Virus record (IMG/VR): IMGVR_UViG_3300017747_004058
Direction: 5' to 3' (one strand)
DNA from: an uncultured virus (IMG/VR IMGVR_UViG_3300017747_004058)
Taxonomy: Duplodnaviria > Heunggongvirae > Uroviricota > Caudoviricetes
DNA length: 64,000 nt
Below, piece after piece: positions 46,836-54,982 of the stretch; within the stretch, counting starts at the first letter, position 1; every line of letters begins with the position of its first letter. Position numbers and translations under genes: made by a program. The notes under the pieces were generated by a model. It ran no database searches. It had not been told where the DNA came from and was given only the letters and a program-made list of their open reading frames with translations.

Positions 46836-47222
46836 CTATAGAGTTTCCAGGAAGTCTATTAGGTCGTCGCGCTGGGTGCGGCCATTGAGCGCTGAACTTC
46901 TGCGAATGGCTTGGTAGAGATCGAACATGGTCTCATAGCCCCCATAGAGGCGCAGTTCTTCCATGACGGTGTTTGGAGTGCCGAAAGCGTACAGCGCTCC
47001 ATCACCGGCTAGATCGCCCGTGATTATCTTTATGCGCATAGAGTCCGGTTCGACCATAAGATGCGCTGAAAATGGCCCTACCATCGCCGTGAATACTTCC
47101 CGTTCGCTGGACTCTGTTTTGTTCCAGGTGATTTTACTGTCTTGGGTTAGGCGTTCGAGCAGAGAGTAGATTTTCAGGTTCCGGTCCCGGTCGGTGTCGG
47201 CCTGTAGTTTGTAATTTATCAT
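46836..47222 (-). CDS. Hypothetical protein (apparent paralogue of neighbour)
   Basis: LLERLTQDSKITWNKT...LYQAIRR pattern. Confidence 0.6.
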   Translation of the reverse strand: MINYKLQADTDRDRNLKIYSLLERLTQDSKITWNKTESSEREVFTAMVGPFSAHLMVEPDSMRIKIITGDLAGDGALYAFGTPNTVMEELRLYGGYETMFDLYQAIRRSSALNGRTQRDDLIDFLETL

Positions 47223-47225
47223 GGG

Positions 47226-47549
47226 TTATTGCTCACTGTACTCATTTAGGACTAGCAAAGCGGCAGCTACGGCCTTAGCAGTTGCTTGGGATTGGGCAGT
47301 ACTGTAAAGAGTGGACAGCAGGTGCTTGGTTTCTGGATCGTCCCGTATATCAACCTTGGTGCAGAGGGGTCCAGCAGTTAATGCGAGCAAGTAGGACTCA
47401 GTTCCGTTTTTCCTGATCTGCACGATGCACGCTGCATAAGCTAGGAATGATGCACGGTACCTAAAGTCATGGCCAGCCGTGCGCTCCCATTGGAGCTTGC
47501 CGGTTCCGGTGACTTCGCAGAGTTTTTCGAGTAGATGTTTGGTTTTCAT
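47226..47549 (-). CDS. Hypothetical protein (apparent paralogue of neighbour)
   Basis: ATGA-coupled start at 47549; LLEKLCEVTGTGKLQWERT...LYSTAQ. Confidence 0.6.
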   Translation of the reverse strand: MKTKHLLEKLCEVTGTGKLQWERTAGHDFRYRASFLAYAACIVQIRKNGTESYLLALTAGPLCTKVDIRDDPETKHLLSTLYSTAQSQATAKAVAAALLVLNEYSEQ

Positions 47550-48949
47550 GTGAATATGTCCTCTTCTTCTACGGCCCAGGATTGCTCCATGACCGAGCGT
47601 AAATGTTCCAGCATCGTAGTGAGCCGGCCTTGCATGTCGGCATCCTTGCACGCATAGGTCAGTGCCGCGTCAAAGTCATCGTCGGCAGCATGGGCAATGG
47701 ACCTAATGGGTGCTCCGGTCATTAAATACTCTTTGCCCTTGGACCAGAGGTCGTAGGTTGGTTTGGACCCGTGTTTATGGAGATGCACTAAATGCTTCTC
47801 GCGCATTGTTGGCTTAAAGATCATTTTGGGCGGCTTAGGGGGCTTAGGCGGCTTGGTGCTTGGTCTTTTAGGCGGGAGCCGCTTGACGGGGCCCTGGGGG
47901 CGCGTTACGGGCACGGGTACGCGGTTCAGGCGCTCCTTGCCGAGTTCGTCCAGGAGCCAGAGCAAATAGGCATCCCTGGACGGCTTGCTCACGAGGTCTT
48001 CCCAGGATTGCATTCTTACGCCTAATAGCCTAAACGCCAAGTCCTTAAGCCCCTGGGGAAGGTTCCCCATATGAAACGCTTCCTGCTGGGTGTCTATGAA
48101 CTTCCCCGCGGGGACAGGGATTCCCAAGCGTTCGTAGGTGCCAATATCATGCGGGGCATTATGGAACGACACACCAGAGAACATAGGGTAGATTTGCTTG
48201 GCGAATTGGGCAATCAGGTCTTTATTGACGGCCAGGATAAGTCTCCCATGGCCGGGGCGAAAAGAGTATTGCAGGCTCCATGGCCGGGGTCCATCGTCCT
48301 CAGTATCGCTGGGGAGCCAAATATAGTCACTGGTGAGCGCGGCGGCTAGGTCGTCCTTGAATTCGCTTAGGGTGTCGGTAAGCTTGTAGTCTGTGGGAGT
48401 GTTATCCACGGGCGCGGACCATTGGCCGGCTAAATACTTTTTAAGCCTCCTATAGTCATCCAATAGGGGCAGCATCATGCGGGTATTATGTAGCCCGCCC
48501 GCTGGATGATACATAGGAATGATGACCGCACTGTGACCAAACAATTCCCCATTAAAGGGTATGCCGTGCTGCTTGGCTAGGTCGATTTCATACTGGGTGC
48601 CGTCCAGTAGGGAGCAAGCGGTGCCGCCCATGAGGAATACGTGGGTAGGTTGTTGGCGGTCAAGCTCACCGGGCAAATGGTGCTGGGAACAGGCCGCGAT
48701 CTCGGGGGGCTTGGGTTTGTCGTTGCCGCCGCACTTGACCGTGTTGGTGAGATAGATTTCGCTACGGGATAGTCCGGCGAGGGGGAGATAATTGGTGTTA
48801 AATTCCTTACCGGCGCGGCCTATCAGGGGCCGGCCAACATTCTCCTCCTCACGGCCGGGTTTTTCGCCAATGAAAAAATACGGCGAATCGCGGGGGCCAT
48901 CTCCCGGGACACAGGAGTAGTAATCGCAGGTGGAGCAGCGGCTAAACAT
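47546..48949 (-). CDS. Family-4 uracil-DNA glycosylase domain fused to PolA-type 3'-5' exonuclease
   Basis: CxxC, GEKPG..E...G.P..G.AG, TN.VKC, YHP (UDG4); DTE, HNAPHD, YACKD (Exo I/II/III). Confidence 0.88.
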   Translation of the reverse strand: MFSRCSTCDYYSCVPGDGPRDSPYFFIGEKPGREEENVGRPLIGRAGKEFNTNYLPLAGLSRSEIYLTNTVKCGGNDKPKPPEIAACSQHHLPGELDRQQPTHVFLMGGTACSLLDGTQYEIDLAKQHGIPFNGELFGHSAVIIPMYHPAGGLHNTRMMLPLLDDYRRLKKYLAGQWSAPVDNTPTDYKLTDTLSEFKDDLAAALTSDYIWLPSDTEDDGPRPWSLQYSFRPGHGRLILAVNKDLIAQFAKQIYPMFSGVSFHNAPHDIGTYERLGIPVPAGKFIDTQQEAFHMGNLPQGLKDLAFRLLGVRMQSWEDLVSKPSRDAYLLWLLDELGKERLNRVPVPVTRPQGPVKRLPPKRPSTKPPKPPKPPKMIFKPTMREKHLVHLHKHGSKPTYDLWSKGKEYLMTGAPIRSIAHAADDDFDAALTYACKDADMQGRLTTMLEHLRSVMEQSWAVEEEDIFT

Positions 48950-49385
48950 TGTTACTTATTACGTGTGCCCAAGTACACCCGCTCAGCACTTCCTCCAGCA
49001 CGGGCCGGACATCCCGCCAAGCCAGCATACCGTTCCCGCATCCCGGCCGGGGAATGAATAGCTTACTGGTGGTCCCCGTGGCGTTAAAGAGGCCAATGAT
49101 GTTGACCGCGCTTTGCCTAATGAGCGATAAGCTGGCCGGCTGGGCCCAGTGGTCCTTAACGGGGAAGGTGTAGATGCGGGGGAGAATAAGTCCGGGTACA
49201 TTCCCGTGCTCGCGCACATGCTCGGCGACCAGCTTAGGCAAGTAGGGCCAGCGCTCGGCGGCTTGTAATGCGCACCCACGCCCCATGACCACACGGCCGC
49301 GGGAGTTGATCACGCCATTGGTGGTTATGCAAATGGAGTGGCCCAAGTCATATTGGGCGAAGAGGTCACCGGTTAGGATGGTCAT
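48942..49385 (-). CDS. Macro-domain (ADP-ribose binding/hydrolase) protein
   Basis: GDLF, TTN....G..VMGRG.A, FPVK.HW, PRPGCGNG.L.W..V motifs. Confidence 0.8.
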   Translation of the reverse strand: MTILTGDLFAQYDLGHSICITTNGVINSRGRVVMGRGCALQAAERWPYLPKLVAEHVREHGNVPGLILPRIYTFPVKDHWAQPASLSLIRQSAVNIIGLFNATGTTSKLFIPRPGCGNGMLAWRDVRPVLEEVLSGCTWAHVISNNV

Positions 49386-49591
49386 TGGTAAAGCTCAGAC
49401 AGCTCGGTTACATACTTTTGTGGAGTCATTTCCGGGTTTTTCTTGACGTATTCAAACCATGCCAACTTGTTGTACTCCAGTATGTCTTGCCAAGTTTTTG
49501 GCGCTCGCTTCATTCTGGCTCTAAGGAAGCTACTATGGACTTCGTAAAGGTTCTTTGCGCGGGGCCAGTCAGGATCGATTGGGTTTTCCAC
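49382..49591 (-). CDS. Hypothetical protein
   Basis: Operon packing; GGGAG upstream. Confidence 0.5.
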   Translation of the reverse strand: MENPIDPDWPRAKNLYEVHSSFLRARMKRAPKTWQDILEYNKLAWFEYVKKNPEMTPQKYVTELSELYQ

Positions 49592-49594
49592 AGC

Positions 49595-49936
49595 TTAAGC
49601 TCCCTCGTACACGTAGACACATTTACACAGGTCTTGCACGGTTGCGATCATATGCCTAGTCCCTGGTGACCGACCCATAGGAAAGGCAATCAGGGCGTCA
49701 GCTCGACTGGCCATGAGCTTGTTGCGTTCAAACCCAGCCCCCTTGCCCTTAGACCAGTCAGCGGCATAATGTTCCACAGGAATGCTATTGCGCTCGGCCC
49801 AAAGCTTACCCAGGTAGTCGGCACCTTTGGCTTCCCCGCATAGCACGGCGGTAATGGTGCTCTTATGTTGGTCCAAGCAGCGGGCAAGATAGGCGTAGTT
49901 GGTAAAGTTTCGGGAGCCGGCAATGATTACGCGCAT
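49595..49936 (-). CDS. SLOG-family protein (YspA/DUF2493-like)
   Basis: IIAGSR.F, G.AKGAD, ADW..GK.AG..RN..M, S.GT.HMI. Confidence 0.85.
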   Translation of the reverse strand: MRVIIAGSRNFTNYAYLARCLDQHKSTITAVLCGEAKGADYLGKLWAERNSIPVEHYAADWSKGKGAGFERNKLMASRADALIAFPMGRSPGTRHMIATVQDLCKCVYVYEGA

Positions 49937-50163
49937 TTAGCCTCCTTGACGCTTAGTATTTTTAACCGGCACACGATGCTTGCCGGACTGCACGTGTTAG
50001 CGACCTCTTGCGCCTTTTCCGGCGAATCGTACAAAGTCGCAAAGTCCACGACAAGAGACCATGCCTGCTTTTCTGCCGACCAGAAAAATATGCCGCCCTT
50101 TTTTTCTGCCTGCTCGGGAATAATAGATACTACTACCCATTCAGTGTTTGTGTCTTGGCTCAT
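49927..50163 (-). CDS. Hypothetical protein
   Basis: Coupled to both neighbours. Confidence 0.5.
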   Translation of the reverse strand: MSQDTNTEWVVVSIIPEQAEKKGGIFFWSAEKQAWSLVVDFATLYDSPEKAQEVANTCSPASIVCRLKILSVKEAKCA

Positions 50164-50525
50164 AGACCCCCCATAACCATGCTTTCGTATTCCTGGCGGC
50201 GCTCTTCCATTTCACGCCCGTACTCGTCCCAGCAACCAGGGCATAGGACAAGCAGCTCATCCCGCGTCCAGCGCGGCGGCGGCCCTAGTACGTTGTAGCT
50301 GCCGCAGCTATCGCATCCATCCATGCCAGCTTCCTGGTGGTTCAGGTCTCTTAGGATGTCGGTCGGGCTGTCAGTCCCGCCAGCGATGTACCAGTCTAGT
50401 TCCAGCGGCGTAGGGGAACGGTACTCAAACCATTTAACCAGGAAAGTTAACCGTTCAGTTAGGGGCTCTTTTCCGAGCCATTCTTGCGCACCTATTATCT
50501 CTGGGAATCGTTCAAAGATGGTCAT
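50160..50525 (-). CDS. Hypothetical Zn-binding protein
   Basis: CDSC...LCPGC. Confidence 0.55.
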   Translation of the reverse strand: MTIFERFPEIIGAQEWLGKEPLTERLTFLVKWFEYRSPTPLELDWYIAGGTDSPTDILRDLNHQEAGMDGCDSCGSYNVLGPPPRWTRDELLVLCPGCWDEYGREMEERRQEYESMVMGGL

Positions 50526-50854
50526 TAAAACGGTACCTCGTCCAAAGACTTTTTATGCTCTGCTCGTAGCTTTTCCAATTCCCGCTTGGTTAGGAATCTC
50601 CCCGTCCATAGGCACCTGGGGTGTTCCCTGGCGGGGTGAAGTTCTGCCTGGATCTCAAGCAGATTGCACGGACAGAAGTTCAGCTTGTCGTGATCCATGT
50701 GGTGAATATGGAACCCTTCGCGCACCGGACGGCCAGCGATTTGCTCGAACACTACCCGGTGCAAATACTTGTCCTTAAACGGGCCGGCTTTAAGCCGCGG
50801 ATAGCCTTTATCATTGGTGCAGAATCGACCAAAGGGGCTGGGACCGGAAGCCAT
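50525..50854 (-). CDS. Free-standing HNH endonuclease
   Basis: YLHRVV...IHHMDHDKLN..PCNL; preceded by TTGACG-18nt-TAATAT and palindrome 50855-50873. Confidence 0.8.
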   Translation of the reverse strand: MASGPSPFGRFCTNDKGYPRLKAGPFKDKYLHRVVFEQIAGRPVREGFHIHHMDHDKLNFCPCNLLEIQAELHPAREHPRCLWTGRFLTKRELEKLRAEHKKSLDEVPF

Positions 50855-50874
50855 TAGGTTTATATTAAACCCAA

Positions 50875-51687
50875 CTACGCCATTTCGTCAATAGCGGCCA
50901 CGATTTTTTTGCCCGTTTCAATACCGAGCTTCCTTCCATTGACAGTTAGTTCGGCCCACTGTTCCGCGGTGGCATTAAACGCCAGCCGAATGCTCTTAAA
51001 GTGCCGTGCGGCGTCCATGGCGCGGGAATCTAATCCTGGGAGCTGCACAATGGCGGCCTCCAGACGGCGCATGGCCTTGGTCTTGAACGTGAATCTTAGC
51101 CGCCCTGGCGTGCCTTTGGGCGCATAGATCCGGTTATGGCTAGTATGCTGGTCCCAGGGCACCTGCCACATGCGGTACTGGTCCACGATGAAGTCAACGG
51201 TGCCTTGCTGCGTGCCAGAACACCAGACTATTAACCCCGTGCGAAGGGTGAGGCCCATGAGGTAATTATGCAGGCTACGGGCATGTAACCCATAGGTCTT
51301 CCAATGGGCCCCGTGCCGGCAGACCATGACTTGGCCATCCTTGCTGGCTTTCCAGATGCCCTCGACTATTAAATAGCAGTAATCATAGTCTTCGGCCATC
51401 TTAGGAAGCTGTTCGCCCGTTAAGCGGTCGTCCCCAGTGATGCAGTCCATGATCTCGGCGATGGTCTTGCGCTCGAAGCCGATACTGGCTGTTCCATTAG
51501 GACCTTGTCCTGCGAAGGCGAAGTCGCCGCTGTTCATGCGGGTGAGCTGGACCTCTATGCCAAACGGGTTAAACAAGCGGGCAAAGGGTCCCGAACCCTC
51601 TCTACTGTCAATCTCAATGGGCGGGGCTTTAGGCTTTGGTTTGGGCGCTGGTTTAGGGGGTACCTTCTTAGTCCTCGTCGTCGTCAT
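50875..51687 (-). CDS. ERCC4/XPF-family structure-specific nuclease
   Basis: IDSRE, GDF, ERKT, LIVEG motifs plus C-terminal HhH-like LPGL; start approximate. Confidence 0.8.
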   Translation of the reverse strand: MTTTRTKKVPPKPAPKPKPKAPPIEIDSREGSGPFARLFNPFGIEVQLTRMNSGDFAFAGQGPNGTASIGFERKTIAEIMDCITGDDRLTGEQLPKMAEDYDYCYLIVEGIWKASKDGQVMVCRHGAHWKTYGLHARSLHNYLMGLTLRTGLIVWCSGTQQGTVDFIVDQYRMWQVPWDQHTSHNRIYAPKGTPGRLRFTFKTKAMRRLEAAIVQLPGLDSRAMDAARHFKSIRLAFNATAEQWAELTVNGRKLGIETGKKIVAAIDEMA

Positions 51688-52528
51688 CGTCCACCGCCGC
51701 ATTGCCAAGCCCGAGCGTTTTAACGAGGTTGTTCCAGGTGATGTCTTCGCCGGTGAGTTCCAGCTCGCAACCTTCCAGGAGCGGTCTGGGCTGACAGGTC
51801 TGCACGAAGAGCTTAAACTTGCCGTCCTCGTCCCAGTCCTCACGTTTGCAAATAGTGGGCTTCCATTCAATAGACCTAGTTTCAATAACCGCGTTGCAAA
51901 GCAGGCCGAGCTTACTACTGCCCTCGGGCTTTATTCTCCCGGTGTCCACGCCTTTTTCCTTGCCGTTCTCCACGATGTTCTTGTAGACCTTGGCCGGATG
52001 GTGCGTTAAGAGTGTGGGCTTACTGCGGCAGAGCGCCAATAGATCCGTAAAGTCTTGCTGGCTTACTCCGCGCTCGAATGTGGGCACCTTAGTGCGGCGT
52101 CCATGGTCGGCATAGAGCACCCAATTATAGAGCACACTGGCGTTATCAATCAGAATGGACCCGACGCCCTTGTGCGAACCGATGGCTTCAAGCATGGGAG
52201 CTATCCGGTCCCAAATGACCTTTTGGTAGAACTCCTTGATCTTTTCTATGTCCTTGGCGTTGTCCATGCGGGCATAGGTATTGATCTCAGCCTGGGTAAT
52301 GAAGGGTTTGTCCGGGGCGATGACTTCTCGCTTGTACTTAGCGGCAAGGGGCTTAAGAGTGCGAGCAGTCTTGGGATCGGTAGGGATCACGGCAATGGGC
52401 CCGGGCATGGTCGCGCCCAGCCGGGTCTTGCCGCTGCCTTCTGGACCGTAGACAGCAATCATGGGGGCGTCGAGAACTTTAATGCCGGCCGACATGCCGG
52501 GGATTTTGATGGTTTCTAGTTTGTTCAT
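51668..52528 (-). CDS. AAA ATPase (Sak4/AAA_24-like recombination protein)
   Basis: VYGPEGSGKT Walker A, ILID Walker B; next to an exonuclease. Confidence 0.7.
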   Translation of the reverse strand: MNKLETIKIPGMSAGIKVLDAPMIAVYGPEGSGKTRLGATMPGPIAVIPTDPKTARTLKPLAAKYKREVIAPDKPFITQAEINTYARMDNAKDIEKIKEFYQKVIWDRIAPMLEAIGSHKGVGSILIDNASVLYNWVLYADHGRRTKVPTFERGVSQQDFTDLLALCRSKPTLLTHHPAKVYKNIVENGKEKGVDTGRIKPEGSSKLGLLCNAVIETRSIEWKPTICKREDWDEDGKFKLFVQTCQPRPLLEGCELELTGEDITWNNLVKTLGLGNAAVDDDDDED

Positions 52529-52542
52529 TGGGGTTGAGTTTC

Positions 52543-52770
52543 TTAGCCTAAATACTCGTAGTTGGATTCCGGCACTGCCGTAGAACTTGGTACTGGAGCG
52601 ATAGCTGGCTTACAGTGGGTATTGAACCACATCTCCATGCGGGCTAGCTCCTCTTTACTGGCTACTTCCTTGTAGCCGCCGTCATAGATTAGTCCGAGCC
52701 GTGCGTGAGAACCGCACTCCATGGAGATAAATTCTCCGTTCTCGATCTTGTACAGATAGCGCCACTGCAT
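52543..52770 (-). CDS. Hypothetical protein
   Basis: TAATG coupling. Confidence 0.5.
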   Translation of the reverse strand: MQWRYLYKIENGEFISMECGSHARLGLIYDGGYKEVASKEELARMEMWFNTHCKPAIAPVPSSTAVPESNYEYLG

Positions 52771-53438
52771 TATTTTTGTCCTTCTGGGGTTGCGCCAGCC
52801 TTGTTGAGCTTCAGCATCCGGCCGTGCTGGGCGATCTCTTCATCGTTGAAATGAATAAGATACTGCACATACCTAGGGCTAGGGGGTCTATAATCTCCGC
52901 AGAGCCAAAGCACATGCAGGCGGCAGTAATTAAGCCGAAAGATCCAGCATTCGCCGGCCAGTTGCCACATGTAGAGCTTTTCCTTTAGTATCCCTTCACC
53001 ATCGCGGGAGTACCCGCCTTTGGTGTTGTAGGCGCTCTTTACCGTGGTCTTGAACTCTTCAATAAGAGTGCCGCCAGCAGCCAATGGGCTATTGTGCGTG
53101 AAGCCATCCGGGGTGCATATAATCCCTCCGCGGCGGCCTTCACCGGGCTGGTGGAGCATGTCAGGGAATAGCCTAACCACCCAGTCCTCCCAGGCGAGAC
53201 CGAACGCCATACGGAGCCGCTGGGCGCTCTTTTGAAGCATTTGCTGTTCATTCTCCTCGCCAGTGTATTCGTCCCAGGAGTCTTCCAGGTCCATGAGGCC
53301 GCTGGCGGTTAGAATGTGCCGTATTACGCCACTAAGGTGTATTCCTGGCGTTCGTGGCTGAGTCTTGGTCTCCCTGGGCGGCCGGCGCATGTCGGCGTCG
53401 TCCAGCATGACTATTTGGCGGCTCAGGAGAGTGGGCAT
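52770..53438 (-). CDS. PD-(D/E)XK exonuclease
   Basis: G.AWE, TPDG, EEFKTT, WQL motifs; start moved to 53438, downstream of the terminator. Confidence 0.75.
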   Translation of the reverse strand: MPTLLSRQIVMLDDADMRRPPRETKTQPRTPGIHLSGVIRHILTASGLMDLEDSWDEYTGEENEQQMLQKSAQRLRMAFGLAWEDWVVRLFPDMLHQPGEGRRGGIICTPDGFTHNSPLAAGGTLIEEFKTTVKSAYNTKGGYSRDGEGILKEKLYMWQLAGECWIFRLNYCRLHVLWLCGDYRPPSPRYVQYLIHFNDEEIAQHGRMLKLNKAGATPEGQK

Positions 53439-53460
53439 AGGGGAGTTTGTTTGCGGCCAA

Positions 53461-53492
53461 ATAAAAGAACCGGGGGTTTGCAGTCCCCCCGG
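53461..53492 (-). terminator. Rho-independent terminator
   Basis: Minus strand CCGGGGG-ACTGCAAA-CCCCCGG-TTCTTTTAT. Confidence 0.75.
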
Positions 53493-53522
53493 CGATTCCC
53501 AGGGCACTAAGGGCGTTCCCCC

Positions 53523-54599
53523 CTAGTCCTTGTCGAACTTCACCACGATATCGCTGGCGTCGTCGCCCTCGATTTCGTCCACGGCCACACTGCCGGCGGC
53601 CCATTTCTTGAGTCCGGTAATGCCCGTGTACTCGGCCATGACTTGAGCCTGTTCGTCGGCGGTCAGGCTTCCTGCGCCAAGTGCTCCCGCGAGCTTCTTG
53701 CGCAGCGCCTTAAAGGTCAGGGTCTCGCCTGCATTCTCGCCGGCAATGGCCTCCAGTGACGCATGCAGCGCCTTGGTGGCGTCGAATGGGGTCTTGGCGG
53801 CCTTGGTTGCCTTGTCACCCTTGGCTTTGGCCGTGGACTCCGTAGTTTCCTTGGCCTCGCCTCCTTTGGCCTTCTTATCCTTCTTCTTGTCGGCGCTGGC
53901 AAGGGGACGAATCACCTTGTCCACGATCTTGTACGGCCCCATGCTGTCTTTGGGGCGGTTCTCACGGGACACGTTGTCCACCATGCGATAGGGCTCGTCG
54001 TCCTTTTTAGTCGGCACAGCGAGCTTGCTCACCAAGTGGAGCACGGCACCGGTCCAGTCCGGGGCCCAGGAGCGGTCGATGATGTCCGGCCGCACGTTGT
54101 CCGTCCGGCGCAAGGATTCCAGCAGCATCATGTAGGCCGTGGCCGGGTGGAACTCGAATTCGTCGGTCGTAACGTCCAGGGTGTTCCCTTCATCTCCTAC
54201 GTCACTGCCAATGACTTCCGGTTCCATGTCGTCGGGGCCGGTTCCCTTGGCCACGCGTACGAACACCTCGCCGTGTTTGTTGGTGAGATTTCCCAGGCCG
54301 TACGAGATCTCTTCAATGATCTCGTTGTCGTCGGCGTCGTGGAGAGGTTCCAGGGACTCCGCATTCAGCATGCGGCACTTGAGCACCAGGGCGATTGTCG
54401 GGCCCTTTTCTACGCCGGCTGAGTTGACCGCCGGCTTTTCCACGAAGGTCTTCTTGCCGTCTTCGTCCACTTCCTGCACGCGCTGAGTGCGAGCAATGAC
54501 ACGGTAAACGGCATCCAGCACTTCCACCACGCCCTCGCGGAAACCAGCGCTGCCGCCGGTATCCTTGGCGCGGTGAGCAAGCATTTTAGTTGCTTTCAT
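53523..54599 (-). CDS. Abundant replication/recombination protein (possible SSB-like)
   Basis: Strong codon bias, purine-rich RBS, K/A-rich linker, acidic end; function by context only. Confidence 0.45.
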   Translation of the reverse strand: MKATKMLAHRAKDTGGSAGFREGVVEVLDAVYRVIARTQRVQEVDEDGKKTFVEKPAVNSAGVEKGPTIALVLKCRMLNAESLEPLHDADDNEIIEEISYGLGNLTNKHGEVFVRVAKGTGPDDMEPEVIGSDVGDEGNTLDVTTDEFEFHPATAYMMLLESLRRTDNVRPDIIDRSWAPDWTGAVLHLVSKLAVPTKKDDEPYRMVDNVSRENRPKDSMGPYKIVDKVIRPLASADKKKDKKAKGGEAKETTESTAKAKGDKATKAAKTPFDATKALHASLEAIAGENAGETLTFKALRKKLAGALGAGSLTADEQAQVMAEYTGITGLKKWAAGSVAVDEIEGDDASDIVVKFDKD

Positions 54600-54672
54600 T
54601 GACTTTTTCCTTTTCCTTTTCCTTGGGTTTATTGGGGTTTTTTACCCCCGCTTGTGAATAATAGCAGTAGGT

Positions 54673-54691
54673 TAGGTTTAATTGCAACCTA
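54673..54691. promoter_or_regulatory. 19-bp palindrome variant
   Basis: TAGGTTTAATTGCAACCTA, intergenic upstream of 54599. Confidence 0.7.
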
Positions 54692-54737
54692 AGTGGTTCA
54701 CACTGCTGGGAAATGAGAGATTGAGAACTTGACCAGC

Positions 54738-54905
54738 TTAATACTCGCAGTCGTCGTGACATTTCTGCGAGCAGTAGGTCTGGTATGCCGCCCGCCAACC
54801 CTTAAAGGGTAGGCCGCCCCAGTACCACTTGCCGCAGCTAATGCACGGCTGCCAAGGGAACCAGGAGAGAGAGTAGTGAAAGCGGTAGCGTTGTTCTAGG
54901 GTCAT
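54738..54905 (-). CDS. 55-aa Zn-finger-like protein (below ORF cutoff)
   Basis: Manual translation ...PCISCGKW...YCSQKC... Confidence 0.55.
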   Translation of the reverse strand: MTLEQRYRFHYSLSWFPWQPCISCGKWYWGGLPFKGWRAAYQTYCSQKCHDDCEY

Positions 54906-54982
54906 GGTTAGTTACTTCATCTTTGCGAACAACCAAAGCAGTAAAAACCCAAAGAAGATCATGAATACAGTCCAGGGTTCCA

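Noticed and set aside
46829..47546. Split intein or intron joining the two polymerase genes
   Set aside because: No intein block A/B or F/G motifs at the facing termini, and no recognisable group I/II intron features; the gap is filled by two coupled ORFs.
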